A stretch of 64,000 nt of DNA, from NCBI GenBank assembly GCA_029210125.1, contig JARGPR010000007.1, forward strand, positions 105,008 through 169,007, read 5' to 3'. Both the position numbers and the translations under genes were made by a program. The notes beneath the pieces are model-generated. The model worked only from the letters and a program-made list of their open reading frames with translations. It was not told the DNA's origin and ran no database searches. The stretch comes from Pseudomonadales bacterium. Lineage in GTDB: Bacteria; Pseudomonadota; Gammaproteobacteria; Pseudomonadales; JAHRWD01. This document shows, one piece after another, positions 50,783 to 62,263 of this stretch (its first letter is position 1; every line of letters starts with the position of its first letter).

Positions 50783-52091
50783 ATGTGGAAACCGGTTTTT
50801 CTACCCGATGGCAAAGGCGTCCGGGTAGTTACGTGTTATCTGTTGTTAGCCAGTTTGTTGTCTGCTGCTAGCGTAAACGCAGTTCCTATCGAGGAGAGTG
50901 GCGAGCGCTCAATTAATTTGCGTGAAGCACTGATTAAAACTCTTACCAACAATCCTGACTTGCGTACCTTTGATTACCAAATCAAGGCACAGGAAGGGCG
51001 GGAGCAACAAGCGAGTTTGGCACCTAGCCCCGAGTTAAATTTCGCACTGGAAGATGCCTTAGGCACCGGTGACCACACAGGTCTGAGCAACGCCCAGGCA
51101 ACCATCAGTATTGGCTGGGTACTGGAGCGTGGACAGCGCCAACACTACATGGATGCCGCGCGCGCAGGTTCAGCCCTATTCACCGTAAAAGCAGATATCA
51201 AGCAACTGGATGCTGCGGCGGAAACAGCCCGTCGTTATCTCGTCAGTTTGGCATTTCAGGCACGTATGGTTAACGCAAATAAAACAGTTCAGCTAGCCGA
51301 AGAGACCATTGAAGCGGTTCGGAAACGGGTGCAAGCAGGAAGAACACCTGAAGCCGAACTTTCCCGAGCTCAGGCCGAACTGGCTCGCAGAAAGCTGGAA
51401 CGCGAAGACATTGAGCATGAATTAATTTCTGCAAATCGACGTCTAGCTGCTCAATGGGGCGAAACAGTGCCTAATTTCACGCAAGTTGCGGGTGACATTA
51501 TGGAACTCCCCAAGGTGGCACCATTCAAAACGCTCCAATCACAGCTACAACAAAATCCTGAGTTTGCCCGTTTATTATCGGAGCAGCGCTTAAAAAAGGC
51601 AGCGTTACAACTCGCCCACGCACAGAACAAACCAAGTTGGCGAGTTAATGCCGGGATTCGCCATATGGGTAGTAGCGACGATGTTGCCTTTGTGACCGGT
51701 ATCACCATTCCATATTGGCGAACGCACACGTAACCCTGGCCGTATTGCAGAGGCCAGCGCTAATCTTGAAAAAATAGACCTGGAAGAAAATGCTGCACGG
51801 GTTCGTATCGAAACGAAACTTTATGTCATACACGAAAAACTGCAACACAGCTTGCATGTGATCGATACGGTTCGCGATAAAATTATCCCACCACTTGAGC
51901 AAGCCCTCACAGAAACCCGCCGAGCCTATAATCTTGGGCGCTATAGCTATCTGGAATGGCGCAGTGTGCAGGCGGAATTATTGGATGCGCACGATACATT
52001 GATTGAAGCCAGCATTAATGCTCATCAAAACATTATTGAAATCGAACGCTTAACAGGTGCACGCATCGCACAACCGGTGACAAATCCATGA
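50783..52091 (+). pseudogene. czcC: CzcC-like TolC-family outer membrane factor with a frameshift near 51710-51717
   Basis: RBS AAGGAG and ATG at 50783; frame ends GITIPYWRTHT* while the shifted frame continues GERTRNPGRIAEA...RAYNLGRYSYLEW...IERLTG to 52091. Confidence 0.82.
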
Positions 52092-53365
52092 GGATCCCTA
52101 TGAACAACATTATAAAAACAACCACACGTGCGATTTGGCTACCTCTACTGTTGGTCACCTTTCTGAGCGCTTGTGACGGAACGACATCAGACCATACTCA
52201 GTCGTCAAAGGGTGCACATGGTGAAGTGGCTGAGCCGGAGATAAAAAAAGGTCCGAACAATGGGCGACTGCTGAATGATGGGGACTTTACCCTTGAACTC
52301 GCTATCTTTGAAACCGGAGTACCACCTGAGTTTCGCGCCTACGCTACGATAAATGGAAAGGCGCTAAATCCTGAAGAGGTGAATCTCAACATCAAGCTCA
52401 CCCGCTTAGGTGGAAAGGTGGATGACATTAATTTCAAACCGCAAGGGGATGCATTACGAGGCGATACCGTAATTTACGAACCACACTCATTTGTCGTCAC
52501 CATCAATGCCACACATGCTGGCAAAACCCATACCTGGGAATACGATAACTTTGAGGGTCGTACCAAAATTGAAACAGCTGTCGCCAAAGCGCTGGAAATC
52601 GAAACTATGGTTGCTGGCCCGATGGTGATGCATGAAACCATCACTGTCTACGGTCAAATTATGGCCAATAGTGAGCGGATGCGTGAAGTCAGTGCCCGAT
52701 TTGATGGGATGATTACATCCGTATCACCGTCCATCGGCGACAAGGTTCGCAAAGGTCAAAAGCTCGCTACGGTTGAAAGCAACGAAAGCTTGAAGCTTTA
52801 CGACATTACCGCACCGATCAGCGGTGTAGTGACCCAACGTGATGCGAACTCTGGCGAACAAACCAATGGCCGCCAACTGTTCACCATTATGGATACCTCC
52901 TCTGTATGGGCAGATCTATCCGTCTTTCCAAATGATCGTGCCCGGGTGAGCATAGGGGCTCCCGTCACCATGGTTGCTACCACTGGGAACAAACCAGTTC
53001 AGGGAAAAGTGTCTCGCATTGATGTGATGGCACAGGCTAATCAATCAGTGAATGTTCGTGTGGTGCTTGATAACAAACAAGGCCTGTTATTACCCGGCAG
53101 TTTTGTCACAGCGCAAATGGAGGTAGCTGAACATTCCGTTCCTCTTGCGGTAAAACGAACTGCCTTGCAAGCCTTTCGCGATTTTACGGTGGTCTATGCG
53201 TTAATCGGTGAAGAGTACGAAGTGCGTATGTTGGAGCTTGGCCTACAGACCGGTGAATGGGCTGAAGTGGTTGGCGGGCTGGAACCCGGCACCCGCTATG
53301 TCAGCAAGAACAGCTACGTCATTAAAGCCGATATTGAAAAGTCCGGCGCTGCTCACGACCACTAA
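52088..53365 (+). CDS. czcB: CzcB-like periplasmic adaptor
   Basis: Lipobox LSA-C, GPNNGRLL N-domain, lipoyl halves, C-terminal KSGAAHDH. Confidence 0.88.
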   Translation: MRIPMNNIIKTTTRAIWLPLLLVTFLSACDGTTSDHTQSSKGAHGEVAEPEIKKGPNNGRLLNDGDFTLELAIFETGVPPEFRAYATINGKALNPEEVNLNIKLTRLGGKVDDINFKPQGDALRGDTVIYEPHSFVVTINATHAGKTHTWEYDNFEGRTKIETAVAKALEIETMVAGPMVMHETITVYGQIMANSERMREVSARFDGMITSVSPSIGDKVRKGQKLATVESNESLKLYDITAPISGVVTQRDANSGEQTNGRQLFTIMDTSSVWADLSVFPNDRARVSIGAPVTMVATTGNKPVQGKVSRIDVMAQANQSVNVRVVLDNKQGLLLPGSFVTAQMEVAEHSVPLAVKRTALQAFRDFTVVYALIGEEYEVRMLELGLQTGEWAEVVGGLEPGTRYVSKNSYVIKADIEKSGAAHDH

Positions 53366-53391
53366 TCGACGACCATCAGGATTCTGCTACC

Positions 53392-56300
53392 ATGCTTGAA
53401 TATATCATTAAATTTGCGCTTGCCCGACGCGGGCTAGTGCTAGCGCTAGTCCTCATGATTATGGGACTGGGCGCATGGAAATTTACCCAACTACCGATTG
53501 ACGCGGTGCCTGACATTACCAATGTGCAGGTCACCATCAATACCGAATCACCCGGTTATACACCACTGGAAGTGGAGCAGCGGGTCAGTTTTCCGGTAGA
53601 GACCGCAATGGCGGGGATACCGAAACTCTCCTACACACGTTCCGTTTCACGTTATGGACTGTCTCAGGTGACCGTTGTGTTTGAAGAGGGCACGGATATC
53701 TATTTTGCCCGTCAGTTGGTCAGTGAACGATTGAGTACTGCCAAAGCAAATATACCACCAGCGTTAGAGCCAAGCCTTGGCCCCATTGCCACGGGACTCG
53801 GTGAAATCTTTATGTTCACTGTCGATGCTGAACCCGGTGCGGTCAACAGCGATGGGAGCCTGGTGACGCCGACAGATTTGCGTTCCGTTCACGATTGGAT
53901 TATTCGACCCCAACTGATGCGAGTCCCTGGTGTGGCAGAAATCAATCCTATTGGTGGGTTTAAAAAAGAGATACTCATCGCACCGGAGCCAGCAAAGTTA
54001 TTAGCCTATGGCGTGAGTTACAGTGATGTTTTAAGCGCCATACAAGACAACAACGATAACCGCGGCGTTGGATTTATTGAACATAATGGTGCGCAATGGT
54101 TGATGCGTTTACCAGGGCAAGCGTCCAGCCTTGATGATCTCAACAATATTGTCATTGCCCTACGTCAAGGATTACCTGTTCGAGTTAAAGACGTGGCCAG
54201 CGTCAGTCTTGGCAAGGAACTTCGCTCAGGCGCGGCAACACAGAACGGCCGAGAGGTGGTGATGAGTACCGTCTTTATGCTGATCGGCGAGAACAGCCGC
54301 ACGGTTGCCAATGATGTTGCAAATAAATTAGCAGATGTAAAAAGCAGCTTACCTGAAGGGATTACCGTTACGGCGGTATACAACCGCACCAGCCTGGTGG
54401 ATAAAACGCTGGAAACGGTTATGAAAAACCTGCTTGAAGGCGCACTGTTAGTTATCGTTATTCTATTTTTATTGTTAGGTAATGTTCGTGCGGCCATATT
54501 AACCGCCGCCGTGATTCCGGTTGCCATGCTAATGACCATCACAGGCATGGTGCAAACAAAAACCAGCGCCAACCTGATGAGTCTTGGTGCACTGGACTTT
54601 GGTTTAATCATTGATGGCGCGGTCATCATTGTTGAAAACTGTATCCGCAGGCTGAGCGAATCGCATCGAAAAGAGGGACTGTCGCTTAATGAACGTTTGG
54701 CGGTGGTATTTGAAGCCACCCGCGAAGTGATTCGCCCTGCACTATTTGGCGTCTTCATCATTACAGCAGTGTATATACCCATTTTTGCGCTGGATGGTGT
54801 GGAAGGAAAAATGTTTCACCCCATGGCAACGACGGTCATTATTGCTCTGGTCAGTGCGATGATTTTGTCCATCACATTCATACCAGCTGGCGTTGCATTG
54901 CTCTTTAAAAAACCGATCATAGAGAAAAAAAATGTACTCGTTGAAGGCGCTAACTCACTCTATAAGCCCATCCTGTCATTCACTCTACAGTTTAAATGGG
55001 TCGTGGTGGCTTCCGCGTTGGCATTGGTTGTCTTTTCAGGTTTTCTTATCCCTAAATTGGGTTCAGAGTTCGTACCAAACCTCGATGAAGGCGATATAGC
55101 TATGCATGCCCTGCGCATCCCCGGCACATCACTCACCGAGGCTATTCATCTGCAAAAAACGCTGGAGCCTGAGATAAAAAAGCTACCAGAGGTAGAACGC
55201 GTTTTTTCCAAAATCGGTACTGCAGAAGTGGCGACCGACCCGATGCCTCCAAGCGTTGCAGACACTTTTATTATTCTTAAACCTCGCAGCGAATGGCCAA
55301 ACCCTAATAAACCGAAGACGCAGGTCGTTGCTGAACTGGAAGAGTTGGTGAAGAAGATTCCCGGCAACCGCTACGAGTTTTTGCAACCCATTCAAATGCG
55401 ATTTAATGAGCTGATCTCCGGTGTACGAGCGGAAGTTGCAGTAAAGGTGCTTGGCGACGATTTCGACCAGCTTATTGCCTTAGGTGCTGAAGTGGGCAAG
55501 GTCATTGAGGCTATTCCCGGTGCAGCTGATGTGGCGGTAGAGCAAACTACCGGATTGCCAGTAATGACCATTCACCCCAAACGTGAAGCAATGGCTCGCT
55601 ATGGTCTGAGTATCACCCAACTGCAGGATCTATTGGCGACCGCACTGGGGGGCACAGTCGCCAATCAGTTGTATGAAGGCGATCGCCGCTCTGACATTGT
55701 GATTCGACTACCGGAGCGGTTACGTACGGATATCGATGGCTTGTCGGCGCTGCCCGTTATGCTTGCAGATAGCCGTTATCTCCCACTCGGTGAACTAGCT
55801 GATCTAGAGCTAATGATGGGATATAACCAGGTCTATCGAGAAAACGGTAAACGCCGTGTGGTGGTTGCCGCCAACGTCCGCGGACGAGATCTGGGCTCGT
55901 TCGTGCAAGCGGTTCAACAAGCCGTTAAAGACAATGTTGAAGTGCCCGCTGGCTATTGGGTTGAGTATGGTGGCACCTATCAAAAGCTGCAATCTGCAAC
56001 ACAGCGCCTCTCCATCGTGGTACCCATGACATTGGCATTGGTGGTTGCCCTGCTGGTGATGGCGCTTGGTTCATTTAAAGATGCCGCCATTATTTTTTCA
56101 GGCATTCCTCTGGCGCTGACGGGAGGCATCATAGCCTTACTTCTGAGGGATATCCCATTCTCTGTTTCTGCTGCTGTCGGGTTTATTGCGCTATCGGGCA
56201 TAGCGGTATTGAATGGGTTAGTCATGATCTCATTTATCCGCGACTTACGCATCCACGGAAAGGCTCTTCAAGAAGCCATCATTGAAGGTGCATTAACACG

Positions 56301-56499
56301 TTTGCGACCAGTATTAATGACGGCATTGGTTGCCGCACTTGGATTTGTGCCCATGGCATTGAACACCGGCATTGGCTCAGAAGTACAACGGCCTTTGGCT
56401 ACAGTAGTCATCGGGGGAATTATCTCATCGACTTTGTTAACGCTAGTGGTATTACCCGCGCTGTATCGGTTGGTGCATGGACGGAGCACGATGCCTTAA
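53392..56499 (+). CDS. czcA: CzcA-type heavy-metal efflux RND pump
   Basis: LPIDAVPDITNVQV, ALDFGLIIDGAVIIVEN (divalent CzcA type rather than CusA AIAIGAMVD), RLRPVLMTALVAALGF. Confidence 0.93.
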   Translation: MLEYIIKFALARRGLVLALVLMIMGLGAWKFTQLPIDAVPDITNVQVTINTESPGYTPLEVEQRVSFPVETAMAGIPKLSYTRSVSRYGLSQVTVVFEEGTDIYFARQLVSERLSTAKANIPPALEPSLGPIATGLGEIFMFTVDAEPGAVNSDGSLVTPTDLRSVHDWIIRPQLMRVPGVAEINPIGGFKKEILIAPEPAKLLAYGVSYSDVLSAIQDNNDNRGVGFIEHNGAQWLMRLPGQASSLDDLNNIVIALRQGLPVRVKDVASVSLGKELRSGAATQNGREVVMSTVFMLIGENSRTVANDVANKLADVKSSLPEGITVTAVYNRTSLVDKTLETVMKNLLEGALLVIVILFLLLGNVRAAILTAAVIPVAMLMTITGMVQTKTSANLMSLGALDFGLIIDGAVIIVENCIRRLSESHRKEGLSLNERLAVVFEATREVIRPALFGVFIITAVYIPIFALDGVEGKMFHPMATTVIIALVSAMILSITFIPAGVALLFKKPIIEKKNVLVEGANSLYKPILSFTLQFKWVVVASALALVVFSGFLIPKLGSEFVPNLDEGDIAMHALRIPGTSLTEAIHLQKTLEPEIKKLPEVERVFSKIGTAEVATDPMPPSVADTFIILKPRSEWPNPNKPKTQVVAELEELVKKIPGNRYEFLQPIQMRFNELISGVRAEVAVKVLGDDFDQLIALGAEVGKVIEAIPGAADVAVEQTTGLPVMTIHPKREAMARYGLSITQLQDLLATALGGTVANQLYEGDRRSDIVIRLPERLRTDIDGLSALPVMLADSRYLPLGELADLELMMGYNQVYRENGKRRVVVAANVRGRDLGSFVQAVQQAVKDNVEVPAGYWVEYGGTYQKLQSATQRLSIVVPMTLALVVALLVMALGSFKDAAIIFSGIPLALTGGIIALLLRDIPFSVSAAVGFIALSGIAVLNGLVMISFIRDLRIHGKALQEAIIEGALTRLRPVLMTALVAALGFVPMALNTGIGSEVQRPLATVVIGGIISSTLLTLVVLPALYRLVHGRSTMP

Positions 56500-56569
56500 T
56501 GACTGCTAGTGAAGTCGTTACAGCTCTACATCACTCGATTAACTGTTGAAGTGATACAACCAAATAATT

Positions 56570-57360
56570 TTGAGAGTGAACATACGTGCTATCCAAACCA
56601 AAACTAAATTTTTTGCGTTTCTCCCTCAATATGGTTTTACACACGGGATGTCGCAGGCAGAGAAACAATCAATCATCGAGGGCGGCAATCTACGTTACCT
56701 GTGGATTGGTGCTACCCATATGCTATCGGGCTATGATCATTTGCTGTTTGTATTTGGCACCATCTTTTTCCTTATTCAATTCAAAGAAATTGTTAAATAC
56801 ATCAACGCATATACTCTCGGGTACAGTACAACTTCCTCTTCGCTACCTTTAATAGTATTCAGGTCAATTACTTCCTGATTGATGCGGTGATCGCGCTGCG
56901 TGTCTGCTATATCGCTTTTTCCAATCTCGGTGGGTTTAAAAAATATCTGGATATTAATCCACCCAATATGTTGCTCATGATTACCAGCCTGGGCCTGATT
57001 CATGGCCTCGGCTTATCTACGCGACTGCAACAACTGCCCTTGAGTGAAGATCAGCTGCTGATGAATATCATCTCTTTCAATGTCGGTATCGAGATTAGGC
57101 AGATAATGGCGTTAGCGGTTATGTTATTACTGTTAGCGGGTTGGCGAAAAGCTGAATCATTCAAACCTTTTAGCCGGATTTCCAACTACGGATTGATTTT
57201 TACCGGGCTGTTTCTGTTCATGATGCAGATGCACGGTTATTCACATCTAACGGATACCGACGAATTTGGTTTCAGCGCCGACAACCATGTTTATGAACAT
57301 ATAAAAATGGATGATCGGCCAGAGATAATGAAACGGTTTCCACCAGCGAACGAAAAATAA
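56570..57360 (+). pseudogene. HupE/UreJ-family membrane protein, frameshifted near 56830-56836
   Basis: HGMSQAEKQ...GATHMLSGYDHLLF in one frame; LFATFNSIQVNYFLIDAVIAL...GLIHGLGLSTRLQ...ISFNVGIE in the next; N-terminal leader appears degraded. Confidence 0.8.
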
Positions 57361-57542
57361 TTTCGTCGTTATAAGCTATATAATCGCTGCGATTCAAACG
57401 CCAAACGCATCATTTAATAAGAATAAATGACCCATTTTCCTTCGACTGAGCCACTTTAGCTTTGGCGCTTTTTATTTTTCACCCATAAAAAACGGGGCCA
57501 TGACTCTAAATACAGCCACGCACCCCGTTCGGTATACTTCTA

Positions 57543-57574
57543 CTAGAACTCGCTAAACAATTAGCAAGTTCTAG
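57543..57574. terminator. Possible terminator hairpin after the acyl-CoA synthetase
   Basis: CTAGAACTCGCTAA-ACAA-TTAGCAAGTTCTAG (13/14 paired), 7 bp beyond the stop at 57582; no strong U-tract. Confidence 0.45.
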
Positions 57575-57581
57575 CAGCGAC

Positions 57582-59147
57582 CTAGCCTGCTTCTGGCACG
57601 TATTTTTGACGTACTTTGAAACGCTGGATTTTCCCCGCATCACTACGTGGTAACTCATCGACAAACTCAATGCTACGAGGACATTTGTATTTTGCAATAT
57701 TCTCCTGACAGTGTTTGATCAACTTATTTTTCATGTCGTCAGAAGCATCCATACCCTCTTTAAGCTGAACGACGGTCATCACAGACTGACCCCAGTCTTC
57801 GCTTGGAACACCGATGGTGCAGGCATCAAAAACCGCAGCATGTTTTAGCATGGCCGCGTCTACTTCTGCTGGGTAAATATTAACGCCACCGCTTAGAATC
57901 AGATCATTACGTCGATCTGACATATAGAGGTATCCATCTTCATCAACATAACCTACATCGTGCATGGAGAAGTGAGTACCGTTGCGGTATGCACCGGCAG
58001 TTTTCTCTTCTGCTTTGTAGTAGGTGAACAGACCCGTTTCCGGAACAGGAATCCAGATGATTCCAACTTCGCCGGTAGGCACCTCTTGATCGGTTTCTTC
58101 ATCAACAATGACCAGACCTTCAGGAGCAGGACCGACAGAACCCTGTTTGTTGAACCAGTCATCTGGGCCAACAATTGAACCCATACCTTCGGTAGCACCG
58201 TAGTATTCGTAAATGATGTGACCGAACCACTCGAACATCGCTTCTTTAACGTGTACCGGGCATGGAGCCGCACCGTGAATGATAAATTTCAGTGAAGAAA
58301 CATCATATTTGGCGCGCACATCTTCGGGCAATGCCAACATACGATGGAACATGGTGGGAACCATGTGGCTGTGGGTGATTTTGTATTCGTGGATCAAACG
58401 CAGGGACTCTTCCGGATCCCATTTGTCAGTCAGGTAGCAACCAATGCCATTACCCAACGCTGCCAACAGGTCAAGACCTAGTGGTGCAGCATGGTAGAGA
58501 GGGCCGGTGCAGAGTGCAGTATCGGTAGCGGGATTGTAGTCAGCTGCCGCTGTGAGTGGGTTTGGCGGTGCTGGTTTTCCAGTAGGCTCTTTATAAACGC
58601 CCTTCGGATAACCGGTGGTACCAGAGGTATATAACATCTGAAAACCGGGTGTTGGGTCAGAGATATTTTGGGTTGGCGCTCCAGCAATGTAATCGTTAAG
58701 GTCACTAAACCCTTCAATATCGCCGCCAATAGACAAGCCAAGTTTAACCTGTGGGCATTCAGCGATTACTTTTTCAAGGTTGTCTTTGAAACGAACATCA
58801 CCAAAAATGATTTTTGAATCAGAGTTATCAACAATGTAGGTGATCTCTGGTGCAGCAAGGTGCCAGTTAACAGGAGATACACGAATCCCGGTACGTAGGC
58901 AAGCCATCAATACTTCTGCAAATTCGGGCCGGTTTGAGCAGATCAGCGATACTGCATCGCCTGGTACCAGACCAAATTCCCGCATGCTGTGGGCGATCTG
59001 GTTAATACGGTTATTCAGTTGCTTGTATGTGCGTGAACCTTGCTCAGACTGGATAGCCATACGCTCTGGGCTGTGATTCGCGTGGAACGCAACAATCATT
59101 CCCTTTGCGCCGGCAATTTCCGGCTTCGTCAAATATTCTTCTGGCAT
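57582..59147 (-). CDS. Acyl-CoA synthetase (AMP-binding family)
   Basis: MLYTSGTTGYPKGV, EYYGATEG, MHDVGYVDEDGYLY, ILSGGVNIYPAEV, GKIQRF; start MPEEYL at 59147 with RBS GAGG. Confidence 0.93.
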   Translation of the reverse strand: MPEEYLTKPEIAGAKGMIVAFHANHSPERMAIQSEQGSRTYKQLNNRINQIAHSMREFGLVPGDAVSLICSNRPEFAEVLMACLRTGIRVSPVNWHLAAPEITYIVDNSDSKIIFGDVRFKDNLEKVIAECPQVKLGLSIGGDIEGFSDLNDYIAGAPTQNISDPTPGFQMLYTSGTTGYPKGVYKEPTGKPAPPNPLTAAADYNPATDTALCTGPLYHAAPLGLDLLAALGNGIGCYLTDKWDPEESLRLIHEYKITHSHMVPTMFHRMLALPEDVRAKYDVSSLKFIIHGAAPCPVHVKEAMFEWFGHIIYEYYGATEGMGSIVGPDDWFNKQGSVGPAPEGLVIVDEETDQEVPTGEVGIIWIPVPETGLFTYYKAEEKTAGAYRNGTHFSMHDVGYVDEDGYLYMSDRRNDLILSGGVNIYPAEVDAAMLKHAAVFDACTIGVPSEDWGQSVMTVVQLKEGMDASDDMKNKLIKHCQENIAKYKCPRSIEFVDELPRSDAGKIQRFKVRQKYVPEAG

Positions 59148-59469
59148 TAGAGTGACCTCATTATTTTTAGTGTATTTGGAATCCTTTCGCATGGAGCATA
59201 TTGCGGCCGCGCGTTAAAAGGTTGTTATAGATTTGATTAAGGGAGAATTGTCACTGGAGTTTACCCGCAGCCCCTGGATAAGGATGCTGCCTGTTTATAA
59301 GGGTCTATTTACAGGTCGCTTAGACCCATATATCACTACCCGAACCCCGCCAAAATACTCCGAATCATTCCAGCCATTATTAGTATGTGTAAAACTGGTG
59401 ACGGCTAATTTAAACGAATTTGAGCTTTTTTTCGACCCTTTTGTAGTTTCAGTGCGATCGAAAATAAAT

Positions 59470-61584
59470 TTAAACTCGGTTTTTTATCAGGTCTCGAATC
59501 AGAAATCGAGATGGGTTAAGCGCCCCCGCAAGCTCACGACCCACCGGCAACGGCTCATTACAAATCATACTGGCAAGCAATTCACCACAAAGAGGTGCAT
59601 AGGCTAACCCCTTTGAACCCATACCCATTAATGTGTAGAGGCCTGGGTGGTAGCAACCGGGTTGCTGAACAGGAATGGTTTTATCTTTTTTTAGAATCGC
59701 GTAATCCGACAGAAACGCATCGGTATTCGGCAATGGCCCAACAATGGGTAGATAATCCGGCGTGGTACAGCGGAAGCCAACACGACCAGCCAGATGCTCT
59801 GGGTGCAGCTCACCCGGTTCACAACTGTCCATTATCTGTCGGTGTAATTCTGGTAAATAGTTGCCGAGGTTATCCAGATTGGTTTGGTGATCCGTGGGAT
59901 TGATCTCGGTATTGGTGCTACCAAAATTGTAGGTTGCACCAATGCACTGGTTATCGCCATTTGGCGGTGCGATATACCCATCGGTACAAAGCACAGATTG
60001 CAGGTTTGCTGTAACTGGATTCGATGGCAACAGGGTAACCTGACCTCGAATCGCCTTTGCAGGCATTGGCCGACCGGGAATCAACCGGTTCGACTGTTCT
60101 GCGCAGGCTACAATCACCACCGATGCTTCGGTTATCAGGTTTCGCTCTTCAGACAGCAATTGCCAACTCGTTGTTTCATTGCTTTCAACCGGCACCAATT
60201 CCGCTACCGGTTGAGCAAACCGGCGGGTAATATTGGGGTGCTCAGACAATACCTGACACAGCTTCGAGGGAATCAGCCAACCACCTCCGGAAAACAACAG
60301 TCCGTCGATATCAACATGTACACCCGAGCGTTCATTAACCTGCTCTGCAGTTAACCACTGCACCACATCCTCGGACAGGGCTGTTTTATCCACAATAGCG
60401 CGAAGCCGTTGCTGTTCTTTTTCATCAAACGCCAGCTGGATGACCCCACAGGGAAAAAAGAATGGTGACTGATCCGAGTTCGCTTTGCTCAGCTGACGAT
60501 AAAATTTCTTAGCGAACAGGTAGGAAAATAGTGAAAACTCAGCGGAGCTAGAGTGGGTTGAAGAAAAACGTGTATAAAGAATGCCCTGGGGATTGCCGGA
60601 GGCTCCCGTCGCCACGGCCTCACCCGCATCCAGCAATTCAACTTGCCAACCACGCTGGGCTAACGAATACGCAGCGTTGCAGCCCGCCATGCCGGCCCCA
60701 ATGACCACAGCCTTTTTTTCAAAATCAGTTTGGTTACCCAGCGAGGGAAGCGTAAACCATGGCTTGGATTGATTGGGCTGTTCAGGTTCCTCAAACTGTT
60801 CCGATGACAACACACCTCGTGACATCTCTCTTTTAGTGCCGAAACCGGGTACTTTTTCTATCTCGAAGCCCACCGCCTCCATACCCCGGCGCACGTGCCC
60901 AGCGGCCGTGTAACTACTAAACGTTGCATTGCTGGCACTGAGCCTGCCGATCTCGGAAAACAGTTCAGGACTCCAGAGATCAGGGTTTCGGGAAGGTGCA
61001 AAGCCATCCAGAAACCAGGCGTTGACACCAAACTTGGTATTACCCGAAAGCTGCTGAAGCATTTCAAGCGCATCACCAAACAACAGTGTCAGCTGAATAT
61101 TAGCCTGTGGTTTTTGTGAGCCTACCCTAACTTGATGGGGGAAATGGAGTCGGTGAATACCTTTCAAACGCTCTGGATATCCATCCAGTAGGCGCTCCTG
61201 ATACGGTTTTAATTCCGGCCATATTTGAAAAGCTTGTTGCAGTTGCTGGCGCGACAGGGGCGCTTTCTCAACACTGATAAAATGAAGGCAGGCATCCCCG
61301 GTATCAATTTGATCCCAAATACTGCAGGTTGTTAAAAAATTCAGCCCGGTGCCAAAACCGGTTTCAGCCACGGTAAAATTTTGATTTTGTTGGGGGCGAT
61401 TTAGCTCAGAAAAACGCTGGCGCAGCCGGTTGCCCTCAATAAAAACATGTTCAGTTTCATCAAGGCCGCTGGTTCGGGAGAAATAGATATCCTGATATTC
61501 GGTTGAATAGGGCTGACCGGTATCGTTCCACTGTAGGTCTGGCTCGGCAAGCCCAAAACTGAGATCGGATTGATCCTGCGACAA
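59470..61584 (-). CDS. mnmC: Bifunctional tRNA mnm5s2U34 biosynthesis protein MnmC
   Basis: ETGFGTGLNF, AWFLDGFAPSRNPDLW, GFGTKREM, VIGAGMAG FAD motif, FRCTTPDYLPIVG. Confidence 0.97.
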   Translation of the reverse strand: MSQDQSDLSFGLAEPDLQWNDTGQPYSTEYQDIYFSRTSGLDETEHVFIEGNRLRQRFSELNRPQQNQNFTVAETGFGTGLNFLTTCSIWDQIDTGDACLHFISVEKAPLSRQQLQQAFQIWPELKPYQERLLDGYPERLKGIHRLHFPHQVRVGSQKPQANIQLTLLFGDALEMLQQLSGNTKFGVNAWFLDGFAPSRNPDLWSPELFSEIGRLSASNATFSSYTAAGHVRRGMEAVGFEIEKVPGFGTKREMSRGVLSSEQFEEPEQPNQSKPWFTLPSLGNQTDFEKKAVVIGAGMAGCNAAYSLAQRGWQVELLDAGEAVATGASGNPQGILYTRFSSTHSSSAEFSLFSYLFAKKFYRQLSKANSDQSPFFFPCGVIQLAFDEKEQQRLRAIVDKTALSEDVVQWLTAEQVNERSGVHVDIDGLLFSGGGWLIPSKLCQVLSEHPNITRRFAQPVAELVPVESNETTSWQLLSEERNLITEASVVIVACAEQSNRLIPGRPMPAKAIRGQVTLLPSNPVTANLQSVLCTDGYIAPPNGDNQCIGATYNFGSTNTEINPTDHQTNLDNLGNYLPELHRQIMDSCEPGELHPEHLAGRVGFRCTTPDYLPIVGPLPNTDAFLSDYAILKKDKTIPVQQPGCYHPGLYTLMGMGSKGLAYAPLCGELLASMICNEPLPVGRELAGALNPSRFLIRDLIKNRV

Positions 61585-61590
61585 AATAGC

Positions 61591-62253
61591 TCAGCCCTGG
61601 TTTATAGAACTGGACTTTATCGCGCTGGACTTTATAGAACCAATAGGAACACGTTTAACAGATTTAATAATCACTTGCTGTACCGGTGCGTCACCGCGCC
61701 TTGTTGCAACCCGAGCGATACGATCTACAACATCCATACCGGCAATGACTTTACCAAAAACGGCATAACCGAAACTACGCGGCCCTTTGTAATCAAGATT
61801 GCGATTATCTTGATGATTAATAAAGAACTGGCTGGTCGCACTATCCACAACGTTGGTTCTCGCCATCGCTATGGTACCGCGGAGATTGCGCAAACGGTTG
61901 TCGGCCTCGTTTTTGATTGGGGCCTGGGGTGTTTTACGCATCATATCGGTAGTAAAGCCACCACCCTGAATCATAAAACCATTGATCACCCTGTGAAACA
62001 GAGTATTGGTATAAAACCCAGAGTGCACATAGGAAAGAAAGTTTTTCACCGAAATGGGTGATTGCTCAGGATACAATTCAATGTAGATATCACCCTTAGT
62101 GGTCGCTATCAACACCGCTGGACTCCCTTGATCAACCCCGCTTTTTGCGGCATACGAAGTATTCACAGCCACAAAACCTGCGCAGAGAACAGTAGATAAG
62201 ATAAGACTTTTCAGGGTGCTCATTTTTCGTAATCGATTCATATTTTTATTCAT
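61591..62253 (-). CDS. ppiA: Periplasmic cyclophilin-type peptidyl-prolyl cis-trans isomerase
   Basis: Signal peptide, [39 protein letters not shown]. Confidence 0.93.
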   Translation of the reverse strand: MNKNMNRLRKMSTLKSLILSTVLCAGFVAVNTSYAAKSGVDQGSPAVLIATTKGDIYIELYPEQSPISVKNFLSYVHSGFYTNTLFHRVINGFMIQGGGFTTDMMRKTPQAPIKNEADNRLRNLRGTIAMARTNVVDSATSQFFINHQDNRNLDYKGPRSFGYAVFGKVIAGMDVVDRIARVATRRGDAPVQQVIIKSVKRVPIGSIKSSAIKSSSINQG

Positions 62254-62263
62254 TCATTAGTCG

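Noticed and set aside
53392-56499. Calling the pump CusA/SilA (Cu/Ag)
   Set aside because: It carries the DFGLIIDG motif of CzcA-type pumps, not the Met-rich CusA signature.
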